64,000 nucleotides of DNA from Dehalococcoidia bacterium (GTDB taxonomy: Bacteria; Chloroflexota; Dehalococcoidia; Lucifugimonadales; JAGWBF01), in contig OZ220675.1 of NCBI GenBank assembly GCA_965116325.1, forward strand, positions 833,536-897,535, written 5' to 3'. Under the pieces are notes generated by a model. It saw only the letters and a program-made list of their open reading frames with translations, was not told the origin of the DNA and made no database searches. A program made the translations under genes and the position numbers. Each line of letters starts with the position of its first letter. Within the stretch, counting starts at the first letter, position 1. Shown one piece after another: positions 35,235-45,066 of this stretch.

Positions 35235-37529
35235 TTGGCAGATGATGTTCGTGGCGCCCAAGGGAGTACGCCTGGGGCCTCCCTGGCGGGCCCACCTATA
35301 AACTCCAACTTCGTCAAGGAACTGGACGAGTTGGTCGCCCTGGGGAGGAGAGGTCATCGCCAAGACTGCTCCCTGTTTAATCCGCCGGACCAAGCGCTAA
35401 TCGACGGGATGCCCGTATTCCAGGATATGCCCTCCGATCAGCAGGAACAGGCCCTTAAGGAGTTTGCCCAGATACGCGCCGAGGGCGAGGAAGCCAACTC
35501 GGCCGGCAAGGCAGCCTACCGGGCCGGGCCCAGGGTGGTCGTTAGGCTGGACAACGGCGGGCTCGCCTACTACAGCCAGCTTGGCGTGGTCCGACGCCCC
35601 GACCTGACCCAGTACTTCATCGATGGCTTCTCGCGCAACCGGGACGCGCTGGCCTTCAGCGAGGCGAACCAGGAGCTATTCACCGAGGTGTTCGCCTGCA
35701 TCAACCAGCGGCTGAAGGAGAACCTGGACCAGGGAAAGACCATCATCCAGACCGACAGGCAGATATGCGATGCCCCCGGCCGCTCCTTTCACGCACGGCA
35801 GCTTCTCTTCGGCGACACCTACCTTCAGCTTCCCATCATGTGGCGATTGCTCACTTTCGAGCTTTCCGAGTCCGCCAAGAGCGAGCCTCCCGACATCCTG
35901 GAGGTGTCCATCCCCAACTGGCTGGACGACCTGGGACTGCCTGAAGACCTGAAGACTCGTCTTCTCGCTGCCGGGTTGACCCAGCTGGTGTTCAAAGCGC
36001 CCACCAAGGGGTTGTCACTTCACCTGGGCTTCGACTATATGGGAGAGCACAAGATGGGCCCCCTGTCCATAGCCATGGCCAAGGTGAAGCGGGCAAAGGG
36101 CTTGGCGGTACAGGCGGCCCTCAGCGTCGCCCGCGCAAGGACAATCGAAGGCAACACCAACAACACAGCCCTGGTTACCATAGGGCCTTCCCTCCACGGA
36201 AAGAGCACTCTCACCATCATGATCGAGTTGGCGGCCAGCAAGCTGGCCCAGCAGCTTGGGGTGGAGAAGGCCCCCGATGAGGGCGTCTATCCCATGAACG
36301 ACGACATCGTGCTGCTGCAGGCTCTCGCCCAGCCGGTGGAAGTTGAGCGAAACGGCAAAAAGATGGTCCTGACCCATGGCATAGACGGGACCGAGAACAA
36401 CTTCTATGCAGTCCCCTTTGGCCTCACCCACGAAGACGACCCCATCACCTATGACGTCCTTCGGGGTACCCCGGATGCGCCAAACTCCAACGAGACCCTG
36501 GAAAACGTAGTGGTGGACGCCGAGTCGGGAGTGCCCGACTACCTGCAGAATCCGGTACGCAACATGCGGATGATCCTCTCGAGGCCCGGCCTGCTGAGGC
36601 GTAAAGGCGTGGACGGCCTTATCGGCGCCATTACCGGCGGACGCCTGAACAGCTCGGTCCACGTACCCATGGAAGATACGGACCGGGTGTTCTGGCAGGC
36701 GGTGATGCGCCAGAACACCATCATTCCCCCGCTCCGGCGATTGTCCCTGGCTTCTTTCGTCCGGGTGCTGATGTACGGCGAGGCTGTGCAGATGGGCGCA
36801 GCAGTCGGCGCCATCGGCAGGCCCTACGTGGAGTACTTCTCCGATCCCTTCATAATCGGCCTGGAGGACGAAAACGCCAACATCATGCACGACATCCTCC
36901 AGGAGATGGAAAGGGGGGGACAGCCCCAGCACTACTACGTGTTCAACACAGGCGGGGTGGGCGCCGACACCAACGATGAAGCTTCTGGCGCAAGGTACAA
37001 GAAGATTCCCAGGGAGCTGACCCTGATGCTCCAGGAGGCGCTGCTGCGCGATGCGGTGCGCTTCGAGTACGATCCGGTGCTCAGGTCCGACATAGCGGTC
37101 GGCATTGAGGATGTCAACGGTAATCTAGTGGTGGACCTGTCCCAGGAATGGCTGCCTCATCTGATATACGGCGATGCCGACTACGCCCAGCGCATCCTGG
37201 ACCTGCGGCGGCGGCGCTACTACGGTCGGGATGCCGAGGACAAGGCTGGCATACTGCGGTACACCAAGGTGGACAACCGCATCCTGGATATAGCCGACAT
37301 TCCACCGCCCTCCAACGAGCGGGAGCTCTCCTGGCTATTCTCCTTCTACTGGAGTCTGGACCGGGCTTACAACTCCATTCCGGAGCTGGCCAACCACCTT
37401 GGCGAGGGACAGCAGCCGGACCCTGAGTTGAACTCAGCGCTGATAAGCTCCTACCGAGAGGGCGTGGCCCAAGGCATGGAGCTGTCGGGCGAGGGCAAGC
37501 AGGTGCTGCAACGTCTTCACACCGCATAA
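35235..37529 (+). CDS. divergent, extended ATP-type PEP carboxykinase-like P-loop protein
   Basis: Blocks collinear with PckA: IGPSLHGKSTLT (cf. GLSGTGKTTLS), NDDIVLL (cf. GDDEHGW), GTENNFYAVPFGLTHEDDP, ETLENVVVD, NMRMIL, YVFNTGGVG. 764 aa versus about 540 for PckA. TTG start. Confidence 0.55.
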   Translation: MADDVRGAQGSTPGASLAGPPINSNFVKELDELVALGRRGHRQDCSLFNPPDQALIDGMPVFQDMPSDQQEQALKEFAQIRAEGEEANSAGKAAYRAGPRVVVRLDNGGLAYYSQLGVVRRPDLTQYFIDGFSRNRDALAFSEANQELFTEVFACINQRLKENLDQGKTIIQTDRQICDAPGRSFHARQLLFGDTYLQLPIMWRLLTFELSESAKSEPPDILEVSIPNWLDDLGLPEDLKTRLLAAGLTQLVFKAPTKGLSLHLGFDYMGEHKMGPLSIAMAKVKRAKGLAVQAALSVARARTIEGNTNNTALVTIGPSLHGKSTLTIMIELAASKLAQQLGVEKAPDEGVYPMNDDIVLLQALAQPVEVERNGKKMVLTHGIDGTENNFYAVPFGLTHEDDPITYDVLRGTPDAPNSNETLENVVVDAESGVPDYLQNPVRNMRMILSRPGLLRRKGVDGLIGAITGGRLNSSVHVPMEDTDRVFWQAVMRQNTIIPPLRRLSLASFVRVLMYGEAVQMGAAVGAIGRPYVEYFSDPFIIGLEDENANIMHDILQEMERGGQPQHYYVFNTGGVGADTNDEASGARYKKIPRELTLMLQEALLRDAVRFEYDPVLRSDIAVGIEDVNGNLVVDLSQEWLPHLIYGDADYAQRILDLRRRRYYGRDAEDKAGILRYTKVDNRILDIADIPPPSNERELSWLFSFYWSLDRAYNSIPELANHLGEGQQPDPELNSALISSYREGVAQGMELSGEGKQVLQRLHTA

Positions 37530-37564
37530 CGGCAGGCCGCACTAAAGTCCCCGGGAGGTAATTC

Positions 37565-38164
37565 ATGGCAGACTCCATCAGCCTGGAACCCAAGAAGACA
37601 GCCCTCATAGTGATCGACATGATCAACGCCATCGCCAAGGGGCAGGGGCCTCCCTACAACGTTCCGGCCAACCGCCAGTCGGTTATCGGCTGCTTCCAGC
37701 GCCTCATCGCCCACTGCCGCCAGGTTGGTACCCCCATCATCTACTGCACCAACGAACGCCGCCCCGACGGGGTGGATGCTCCCAAGACCATCTCCGACGT
37801 AGCGGGAGGCAGCGGGAACCCCATGGCTCCCGGCTCCGTTGCCACCCAGGTCATCGATGAGCTGGCGCCCCAGGATGGCGATTTCCTCCAGGTGAAGACC
37901 CGATTTAGCGCCTTCCACGGGACCAACATCGAGAGCATTCTCCGCTCCCTGGGGACCGAGACCATCCTGGTGGGCGGGATATCGACCCAACGCAGCGTCG
38001 AGGGCACAGCACGGGACGCCAAGAACCGGGACATGCAGTGCATAGTGGTCAGCGACTGCTGCACCGCGGGTGAGCAGGATGTTCACCAGATGACCATCGA
38101 CCATGTGCTGCCCCTGCTGGTGCGCGTTAGGACCACTGACGAAGTGATCCAGGGGCTAAAGTAG
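37565..38164 (+). CDS. isochorismatase-family cysteine hydrolase
   Basis: TALIVIDMIN, FSAFHGTNIESILRSLGTETILVGGISTQRSVEGTARDA. The fold pattern is clear, although the catalytic Cys position reads S/C-like. Confidence 0.8.
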   Translation: MADSISLEPKKTALIVIDMINAIAKGQGPPYNVPANRQSVIGCFQRLIAHCRQVGTPIIYCTNERRPDGVDAPKTISDVAGGSGNPMAPGSVATQVIDELAPQDGDFLQVKTRFSAFHGTNIESILRSLGTETILVGGISTQRSVEGTARDAKNRDMQCIVVSDCCTAGEQDVHQMTIDHVLPLLVRVRTTDEVIQGLK

Positions 38165-38204
38165 CTTAGCCAACTTAGGGAAGCATTCTGGAGAGGAGCG
38201 GACC

Positions 38205-39095
38205 ATGAGCGAGCGTTTCTCGGGTGTTCACTGGATGCTGGCGACACCCTTCGATGAAGACGAAAACGTGGACCCTTCCTCCATCGTACGGCTGATGGAC
38301 AAGGCCGAAAGCTCGGGGTGCAGCGGTGTGGTCTGCCTGGGCGTCACCGGCGAGGCTGCGCGCATGACTGACGACGAGCGGCGACTGGTCGCCTCCCAGG
38401 TCATCGAGCACTCAAATGGAATGCCGGTAACAGTTGGCACAACGGCTGCCAGCACCAAGGCCTGCATAACCTACAGCCAGGAGGCCGAGAAGCTGGGAGC
38501 TGCCGCCGTCATGGTCGCCGCGCCAGCCATGGCAAAGTCAAATGTGGATGTGCTGTTCAACCACTTCCAGCGGGTAGCCGAGTCGGTGAACATACCCGTG
38601 GTGATGCAGGACTATCCCCAGGCCTCGGGCGTTCAGATGCCAACCGGCTTCATCGCCAGGGTCGGGCAGGAGATCCCCAACGTTCAGTACTTGAAGCTGG
38701 AGGACCCGCCGACCCCCAACAAGATCACCGCCATACGGAAACTGATCGAGGACAGGCTCACCATATTCGGAGGCCTGGGCGGGGTGTTCCTGCTGGACGA
38801 GCTGTCCCGGGGTTCCGTCGGCGCCATGACCGGGTTCGCTTACCCCGAGGTTCTGGTGGAGATATGCACCAACATGCGGGAGGGTGGCAGGGCCGCCGCC
38901 GAGCCTGTGTTCAACCGCTACCTGCCCATGCTGCTGTTCGAGTACCAGGAGGGTATAGGACTGGGCATCCGCAAGCACGCGCTGCATCACCGGGGGCTGA
39001 TAAGCAGCCCGAGGGTCCGGTACCCGGGGTCCGAGCCTACCGAAGAGATCCGCCAGGAGTTCCTGGACCTCATCCGCGACATCGACTACAACTAG
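38205..39095 (+). CDS. dihydrodipicolinate synthase / N-acetylneuraminate lyase family protein
   Basis: GVVCLGVTGEAARMTDDER, PVTVGTTA, a Y..P..-like block and LKLED (Schiff-base Lys region). Confidence 0.85.
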   Translation: MSERFSGVHWMLATPFDEDENVDPSSIVRLMDKAESSGCSGVVCLGVTGEAARMTDDERRLVASQVIEHSNGMPVTVGTTAASTKACITYSQEAEKLGAAAVMVAAPAMAKSNVDVLFNHFQRVAESVNIPVVMQDYPQASGVQMPTGFIARVGQEIPNVQYLKLEDPPTPNKITAIRKLIEDRLTIFGGLGGVFLLDELSRGSVGAMTGFAYPEVLVEICTNMREGGRAAAEPVFNRYLPMLLFEYQEGIGLGIRKHALHHRGLISSPRVRYPGSEPTEEIRQEFLDLIRDIDYN

Positions 39096-39117
39096 AGGGC
39101 AGCCTCTTTACGGCAGC

Positions 39118-39771
39118 CTAAGGCTCGCTGCGGTCCCAACCCTCCAGCACCCAATATCCTTCCCTGGGAAGCTCCACCTTCACCTCCAGGCCCTGGGCGC
39201 GCTTGAGTCTCTGCACGTTGTACAGGTGGGTCAGCTTCTCGAACCACATATGACGGAAGGTGTACTCCAGGTCGATTAGCGCCCGCTCAGGGTTGTCGGG
39301 GTCTATACGGCGCCCGGTGGGGTGGGACTCAGCCATCAGCTTGGCCTGGGCATCGTTGTTCCAGGGAAGCTCCACAGCCCTCATGGAGGCAAGGGTCTGC
39401 CCTGCCAGGATGCTCCGGCACATGTCCATGCTGTCCTTGAGCTTGCCCAGGATTGATTCCATGGTGGGATATTTCGTTTCGTCCAGCCATCGCCCTTCGG
39501 AGGCCATTATCTCGTCGGTGCCCTCGGGCAGGTCCAGCCCGGCCCCCAGGTCTAAATGGGCCCAGCGGCGGAGGAGCCACCGGAACCCCATGGAGGCAAC
39601 GTGGCTGACGTTGGTGCGGATGCTCCACTCGCTCCAAGCCCAGCGGTCGGAGGTATAGTCAAGCTGGGCGTCGGTGAGCCCTGCAACCTCGGCGGAGACC
39701 ATATCGTGGTAGAGGCCATACTGGGGAAACAGGACGTTCCCAGGGGTGTCATCTCGCATCGACTGGGTCAT
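39118..39771 (-). CDS. DinB/YfiT-like four-helix-bundle protein
   Basis: AEVAGLTDAQLDY...WSIRTNVSHV pattern and size fit the DinB_2 superfamily. Weak call. Confidence 0.45.
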   Translation of the reverse strand: MTQSMRDDTPGNVLFPQYGLYHDMVSAEVAGLTDAQLDYTSDRWAWSEWSIRTNVSHVASMGFRWLLRRWAHLDLGAGLDLPEGTDEIMASEGRWLDETKYPTMESILGKLKDSMDMCRSILAGQTLASMRAVELPWNNDAQAKLMAESHPTGRRIDPDNPERALIDLEYTFRHMWFEKLTHLYNVQRLKRAQGLEVKVELPREGYWVLEGWDRSEP

Positions 39772-39816
39772 TGCTGGTCTCCTTGGTGCTGGATTGAGTG
39801 ATTTGATATGCGGGCG

Positions 39817-41031
39817 TCAGTGAATGGCACCGGCGGGGGCCGCAGCCCTCTCATTGACCAACCGGCCCTCGGCAAACCTGGTGATGGAGAAGGGGGCTAT
39901 CTGTTCGGGCATCTTGCCCGTGGCGATAAGCTCGGCCATGCGCTTTCCGGCTACCGGGGCAGCCTTGAAACCCCAAGTCCCCCAGCCGCAGGTAACCAGG
40001 AAGCCGCGGATGCCGGGCACCTCGCCCATGATGGGAGAGTAGTCCGGCGTCATGTCGCACAAGCCCGTCCATTGCCGGAGAATATTGACGTCTCTCAGGC
40101 ACGGGAACAGGCCCAGGGCGTGCTTGGCCAGCTCCTCGGCTGCCGGCAGGGTGGAACCCTGGCTGTAGGTGGGATAGGGATCGACCCCTCCCCCGATTAC
40201 CACCTCTCCCCGGTCTGTCTGGTACACATAGACATGGAGATTGGCGGAGGACACCGAGACATCCAGGAAAGGCTTGAGAGGCTCCGTGACGAAGGCCTGG
40301 AGGGGGTGGGTAGTGATGGGCAGCAGGACATCCACCATGGCCGCCACCGTCGAACACCAGCCTGCGGTGGCGTTCAGCACCACGCCGGCCTTTACGTCCC
40401 CAAGGTTAGTGCGGACACCCGTGACCTGGTCGCCTGTGCGGTCGATACCCAGCACTTCGCTGCGGGTGTGGATTTCGGCCCCCGCCTCATCCACAGCCCG
40501 CGCCAGCCCCCACACGACGGCGTCGTGGCGGATCACTCCTGACGGCGGGTGGTGCATGGCCGCCAGTATGGGCAGGTCTTTGCCAGCCCGGAGGTCGATG
40601 GCCGGCGCCAGTTTCTTGATCTGCTCAGGGCCGACCAGGGTGCTGTCCACCCCCAGGGCCCGGTTGAACTCGGTGCGCATCCGCAAGCCGAACACCGCCG
40701 ATTCGGTGTGGCCCAGGTCCAGGCGGCCCATCTGGTTGAACAGCAAGTTGAAGCCAAGCTGCTGGGACAGGGTCTCGTAGATGCCCAGGCTCTCGGAAAA
40801 GAAGGGTATTCCCTGGGGGGTCAGGTAGTTGGAGCGAAGAATTGCGGTGGTGCGCCCGCTGCCCCCGCCTCCCAGGTAACCCCTGTCCAGCAGGGCCACG
40901 TTGGTGATCCCATGCTTGGCCAGGTAGTAGGCGGTGGACAGGCCGTGCACTCCTGCGCCAATGATCACGACATCGTAGCTGTCCTTCAGGGGGCGCTTCC
41001 GCCACATCTTCTTCTTGCTGAACAACTGCAT
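39817..41031 (-). CDS. soxB: sarcosine oxidase beta-subunit family FAD oxidoreductase (N-methylglutamate dehydrogenase subunit by context)
   Basis: YDVVIIGAGVHGLSTAYYLAK dinucleotide fold, with DAO-family blocks throughout. The ATG at 41031 overlaps the upstream stop (TGATG). Confidence 0.88.
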   Translation of the reverse strand: MQLFSKKKMWRKRPLKDSYDVVIIGAGVHGLSTAYYLAKHGITNVALLDRGYLGGGGSGRTTAILRSNYLTPQGIPFFSESLGIYETLSQQLGFNLLFNQMGRLDLGHTESAVFGLRMRTEFNRALGVDSTLVGPEQIKKLAPAIDLRAGKDLPILAAMHHPPSGVIRHDAVVWGLARAVDEAGAEIHTRSEVLGIDRTGDQVTGVRTNLGDVKAGVVLNATAGWCSTVAAMVDVLLPITTHPLQAFVTEPLKPFLDVSVSSANLHVYVYQTDRGEVVIGGGVDPYPTYSQGSTLPAAEELAKHALGLFPCLRDVNILRQWTGLCDMTPDYSPIMGEVPGIRGFLVTCGWGTWGFKAAPVAGKRMAELIATGKMPEQIAPFSITRFAEGRLVNERAAAPAGAIH

Positions 41032-41789
41032 CAGCCTGGGACTCCCCCGATCAACCGGCGGTGGGCTTCCACCCCTACCGCCACCAGGCCGTACTCCTCC
41101 CCCACCTCCCACAGCACCTCCCACACATAGACGCCGTACTCCCGCGCCACGTACAGGTTGTATCCGGGTTCACCCCTGTCCCAGCGGACGAGCACCCCGT
41201 GAACCTCGGCGAACTGACCCTGGACACACGTCAGGTTGGGCGTTTCGTCGGGGTGCAGGTCCAGGTCCGTCACTTTGCTTAGAAGGTCCGAAGACCTGGG
41301 CCCCGCTATGTTGATGCCCGCATAGCACGACGTGACGTCCAAGACGATAGCCTGGTTGTCATTCCCGTCCCCTGGCTTTTCGGTGTTCAGCGCACCTGCC
41401 AGATCATCCCGGCGCTCCGGAGGGCAGGTCACAAACAGCTCCTGGGGCGTCAGGCAGCACACAGCCACCGGGAATGTTTCTCCATTGGCTGACTCTTGGG
41501 TTCCGGCCTGCGCCTTTCCCACCTGCAGCTCCCCAGCTTCCCCTATGAGCATCCGGGCCAGGGTCGCCGCCCCAGGGCCCTGCAGCAGCAGCTTCCCTGC
41601 GGGGCTGATATCGGAAATGCCGACGGACCCCTTAACTCCATCCATCTCCTTTTCGACGGAGGTGTAATGGGAGGGACGCAGCCAACCCGAACGCTCCTCC
41701 ATGGTTGCCCCCAGCTTCAGGTGCTCATGGTGCATGGTGGTGAGCTTCAGCGGCTCCCATATGCCGTTGGAGTTGTTCTTCTGCGCCAT
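41031..41789 (-). CDS. soxG: sarcosine oxidase gamma-subunit family protein
   Basis: GcvT-like small subunit pattern (HLKLGATMEERSGWLRP...ISPAGKLLLQGPGA). Positioned between the alpha and beta subunits. Confidence 0.75.
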   Translation of the reverse strand: MAQKNNSNGIWEPLKLTTMHHEHLKLGATMEERSGWLRPSHYTSVEKEMDGVKGSVGISDISPAGKLLLQGPGAATLARMLIGEAGELQVGKAQAGTQESANGETFPVAVCCLTPQELFVTCPPERRDDLAGALNTEKPGDGNDNQAIVLDVTSCYAGINIAGPRSSDLLSKVTDLDLHPDETPNLTCVQGQFAEVHGVLVRWDRGEPGYNLYVAREYGVYVWEVLWEVGEEYGLVAVGVEAHRRLIGGVPG

Positions 41790-41794
41790 TTGAC

Positions 41795-44698
41795 CTACTC
41801 CCTCAACCGCGCGCCTTCAGGATCGTAGAAAGCCTCGTGGACCACCCTGGCCGGACGGGAATTGTCCCGCACCCGGATGGTGATCTGAGTCCCCTCTTCG
41901 GAGAGTTCCACGGGAACCCAAGCTAGTCCGAAACCCCTTCCGGTTGTTGGGTCCGCCCGGGAGCTGGTGACCCTCCCCACGGGCTGGCCCAAGTGCATGA
42001 CCGGCACCCCGTCCTCGGGCACCACTGCCTCTTCCATGACGAACCCCACCAGCATCTCGCGCAGGCCGCGCTCCTGGATACTTTCCAGGGCATGCTTGCC
42101 AATGAAATCGTCCTTGTCCAAGCGCACCACCCAGGGCAGGTCCCCCTCCAGGGGGTTGGACACCATGTCGGTGTCCTGGCCCAGGATCATGTGTTTCTTG
42201 GCCAGCCTGAGCACACGCTGGGCCTCCACCCCGAAGGGAGCGATTCCGAATTCGCTCCCGGCGTCCATCATGGCGTCCCACATGTGCTCGCTGTACTCGG
42301 CGGGGAAGTGCATCTCCCAGCCGGTCTCACCCACAAAACCGATCCTCAGGAAGAGACAAGGCACGCCCGCAACCTCACCCTGAACGCTGCGCATGTAGCG
42401 GAAAGCTTCGGGCGAGAGGTCCACGTCCGTCAGCTTGGACAGCGTGTCACGGGCCTTGGGCCCTGCAACGTTAATGGCACCGTAGCCGGAGGTAACGTTG
42501 TTGACGTAGACATTTGCTCCCCAGCCTGCGTTCCACCATTTAAGCCACTCCTCCATAAGGTCGACGTTGGCTGTCGTTGTGGTGATGAAGTAGTGGCTGT
42601 CCGCCAAGCGGGTGATGGTGCCGTCATCGATGATGGAGCCGTTGTCCGAGCACAAGAGGCTGTAGCGGATCCGGCCCACGGGCAAATTGGAAAACCTGTG
42701 GGTATAGACCCTGTCCAGCAGGCCAGGAGCGTCGGGGCCCTGGACGTCGATCTTCCCCAAAGTGCTGACGTCGATGATTCCCACCCGCTCCCGGACGGCG
42801 GCTATCTCCTCCGACACCGGGCCGTAGGAGTGGGGCCTCTTCCATGGCCCCACGTCGGCCATCGCTCCTCCGAGCTCGATGTGCCTTTCGTGGAGGGCCG
42901 TCCGCTTCACAGGCATGTGCAGGGGGCCTGCCAGGGTGCCCAATGTCAGAGGCCTCAAGGGCGGCCTGGATGTGGTCGAGCCGGTCTCGTCCATGGTCCG
43001 TCCGGTGTAACGGGAGCAGAGCTCAATGGCTGGCCTCAGGCACATCTTGCCCTGGCACGGTCCCATGGACAGGGTGCTGTACCGCTTGAGAGTCTGCATT
43101 TCGTCGAAGCCCTCGTCGATAGCCTGGTACAGGTCCTTGGGCGTGACATCCTCGCAGAGGCAGACGAATGTCTTGCCCGCCGTCTTTGGGGAATCATTAG
43201 GAGGAGTTGTTGGCTGAAGGCCCTCCCGGTAGGCTTGTTCCTTTGATGCTATGGTTCCCCGCAGAGCTTCCAGGTCACGACCGGTGGGCTTGTCCACACC
43301 CGAAGCGGCCTCACAGCCCGCCGCTCTACCCTGCATCAGGGACAGCTCCAGGTCGTGGATTCCCGTAACCTCGCCCGCCACATAGATGGTCGAAGGCAGA
43401 TCCGCCGGGACGATCTCTCCCAGGCCGGCGTCGTAGGTCAGCGTCGCCGAGGTCTGAGCCAGCAGCCCCGTGTTGGGTTCGTAAGCCCCTGTGACGACGA
43501 TGCTCTCGCAGGTGATGCGCCTGCTTTCGCCAGTAGCACTGTCGAGGACCAGGGCTCCCTTAACACCCTTGGTTCCCGAAGCGCCTGCGATAACGTGATT
43601 CTCAAAGACTGGAATGCCATTGGCTACGTCACTGCCTGCAGGGGACTCCCTCCCATCGACAATGCCCACAACCTGGACTCCCGCCTGTGCCATCTCAGCG
43701 GCCAGCCGGTATCCTCGTTGGTCGCTGGCGACCACCAGCGCCCTTCCCTTCGGGGCAACGCCGTACAGGTGCATCAGCCGGCAGACAGCCTCTCCCATGT
43801 ACACCCCGGGCAGGTCGTTGCCGGGGAACATCCGGGGCACCTCGCGGCAGCCAGTGGCAACGACGATCGCCTTGCTGCGTATCTTGTACAGGCGCTTTCC
43901 CTGGGACACACCCAGCAGGTTGCCCGGATACAGCCCGAAGGCGCCGGCCCCCGAAAGCACCCTGATGTTGCTCGCACCATGGACCTGTTCGGCCAGCCGG
44001 GCGGCCACTTCGTACCCCGGCAGGCCAGCATATTCTTCGGGCTCAGCATGGACCGATATGTCCGACAGCAGGTGGCCCCCCAGCTCCGGCCCTTCGTCGA
44101 TGAGCACAACGCGGGCCCCGCCTCTGGCTGCCTCCAGGGCAGCCGACAGACCGGCAGGACCGCCGCCGACCACAGCAACGTCGGTCCACAGGGTGTGGTG
44201 CTGATGTTCGTTGTCCGGCTCCTTGTCGGGGCCGACCTTGCCCAAGCCCGCCACCCGGCGTATGAAAGGCCTGGCCATATCCCAGCTTATCCGGGGGCGG
44301 ATCAGGCTCTTGTAGTAGAAGCCAACGGGCATTAACCGGTCCAGCCTGTCCATCACCGACAGCGCATCATGCTCGGCGGAAGGCCAGGCGTTCTGGGTCT
44401 GAACCTCCATACCCGGCTGCACCGGCGTTGTGCAGGTGCGGACATTGGGCACCCCGTCCACGTTCATCAGGCAGTTGGGACAATCGCCGGTCATGCACAT
44501 CAGGCCCCGGGGCCGGTGGTACTTGAAGCTGCGGCTGAATATGCGGACGCCCGAGGAGTACAGGGCTGAGCCTATTGTGTCGCCCTCCAGGGCTGAGACC
44601 TGCTTCTCATTGAAGGTGAAAGTGACCGGCGATGAAGGGTTGGTCCTCTGGGAGGGATGGGGAGGCAGCCTGTTCTGTGCGGAAGCTGGATCAGCCAT
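41795..44698 (-). CDS. soxA: sarcosine oxidase alpha-subunit family protein
   Basis: N-terminal 2Fe-2S-like FKYHRPRGLMCMTGDCPNCLMNVDGVPNVRTC, VAVVGGGPAGLSAA, and a C-terminal aminomethyltransferase (GcvT) fold. ATG at 44698 preferred over the listed extension. Confidence 0.9.
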   Translation of the reverse strand: MADPASAQNRLPPHPSQRTNPSSPVTFTFNEKQVSALEGDTIGSALYSSGVRIFSRSFKYHRPRGLMCMTGDCPNCLMNVDGVPNVRTCTTPVQPGMEVQTQNAWPSAEHDALSVMDRLDRLMPVGFYYKSLIRPRISWDMARPFIRRVAGLGKVGPDKEPDNEHQHHTLWTDVAVVGGGPAGLSAALEAARGGARVVLIDEGPELGGHLLSDISVHAEPEEYAGLPGYEVAARLAEQVHGASNIRVLSGAGAFGLYPGNLLGVSQGKRLYKIRSKAIVVATGCREVPRMFPGNDLPGVYMGEAVCRLMHLYGVAPKGRALVVASDQRGYRLAAEMAQAGVQVVGIVDGRESPAGSDVANGIPVFENHVIAGASGTKGVKGALVLDSATGESRRITCESIVVTGAYEPNTGLLAQTSATLTYDAGLGEIVPADLPSTIYVAGEVTGIHDLELSLMQGRAAGCEAASGVDKPTGRDLEALRGTIASKEQAYREGLQPTTPPNDSPKTAGKTFVCLCEDVTPKDLYQAIDEGFDEMQTLKRYSTLSMGPCQGKMCLRPAIELCSRYTGRTMDETGSTTSRPPLRPLTLGTLAGPLHMPVKRTALHERHIELGGAMADVGPWKRPHSYGPVSEEIAAVRERVGIIDVSTLGKIDVQGPDAPGLLDRVYTHRFSNLPVGRIRYSLLCSDNGSIIDDGTITRLADSHYFITTTTANVDLMEEWLKWWNAGWGANVYVNNVTSGYGAINVAGPKARDTLSKLTDVDLSPEAFRYMRSVQGEVAGVPCLFLRIGFVGETGWEMHFPAEYSEHMWDAMMDAGSEFGIAPFGVEAQRVLRLAKKHMILGQDTDMVSNPLEGDLPWVVRLDKDDFIGKHALESIQERGLREMLVGFVMEEAVVPEDGVPVMHLGQPVGRVTSSRADPTTGRGFGLAWVPVELSEEGTQITIRVRDNSRPARVVHEAFYDPEGARLRE

Positions 44699-44703
44699 CT
44701 GTC

Positions 44704-44997
44704 CTATCCCCCACTGGCGCCGTCGCCGGCAGACCGGTCGTTCCGTTCGCTGGGCCAATAGGTTTGCGGTACCTCGTTGGTGCGGGAGTCCCTGACTGCC
44801 AGGAACCACTGCCGGCACCCGAACTTGTGGTACCACCACTCCTGGCGCTCCCCCGAAACGTTCTTCCGGAAGTAGTAGTAGTTGACCCACTGGGCGTGGG
44901 GAGCGTCCTTGTTAGGGCGGGAGTTGGTCTCTCCACCAAAGCGGAAATCGGCAACGCTTCGTTCGCCGCAGTTGGGGCACTTCAGGAGGAAGGACAA
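44704..44997 (-). CDS. soxD: sarcosine oxidase delta-subunit family protein
   Basis: MSFLLKCPNCGERSVADFRFGGE...WWYHKFGCRQWF is the SoxD zinc-finger pattern. Confidence 0.85.
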   Translation of the reverse strand: MSFLLKCPNCGERSVADFRFGGETNSRPNKDAPHAQWVNYYYFRKNVSGERQEWWYHKFGCRQWFLAVRDSRTNEVPQTYWPSERNDRSAGDGASGG

Positions 44998-45066
44998 AGG
45001 GACTCCTCACTCATTTCGTGGAAAGGGTTCTGGACTACCGGGGGTGTGCATCAGGGCCGCCGTTCC

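Noticed and set aside
36015-36932. 305-aa minus-strand ORF
   Set aside because: Antisense shadow of the PEPCK-like gene, with no motif and low-complexity composition. The same reasoning applies to 27470-28372 (antisense of recA), 45577-46473 (antisense of the GS-like gene), 41993-43246 and 43355-44335 (antisense of soxA), 48440-49288 (antisense of mgsA), 10990-11889 (antisense of the aldolase), 61918-62868 (antisense of MMPL), 3081-3923 and 39808-40542.
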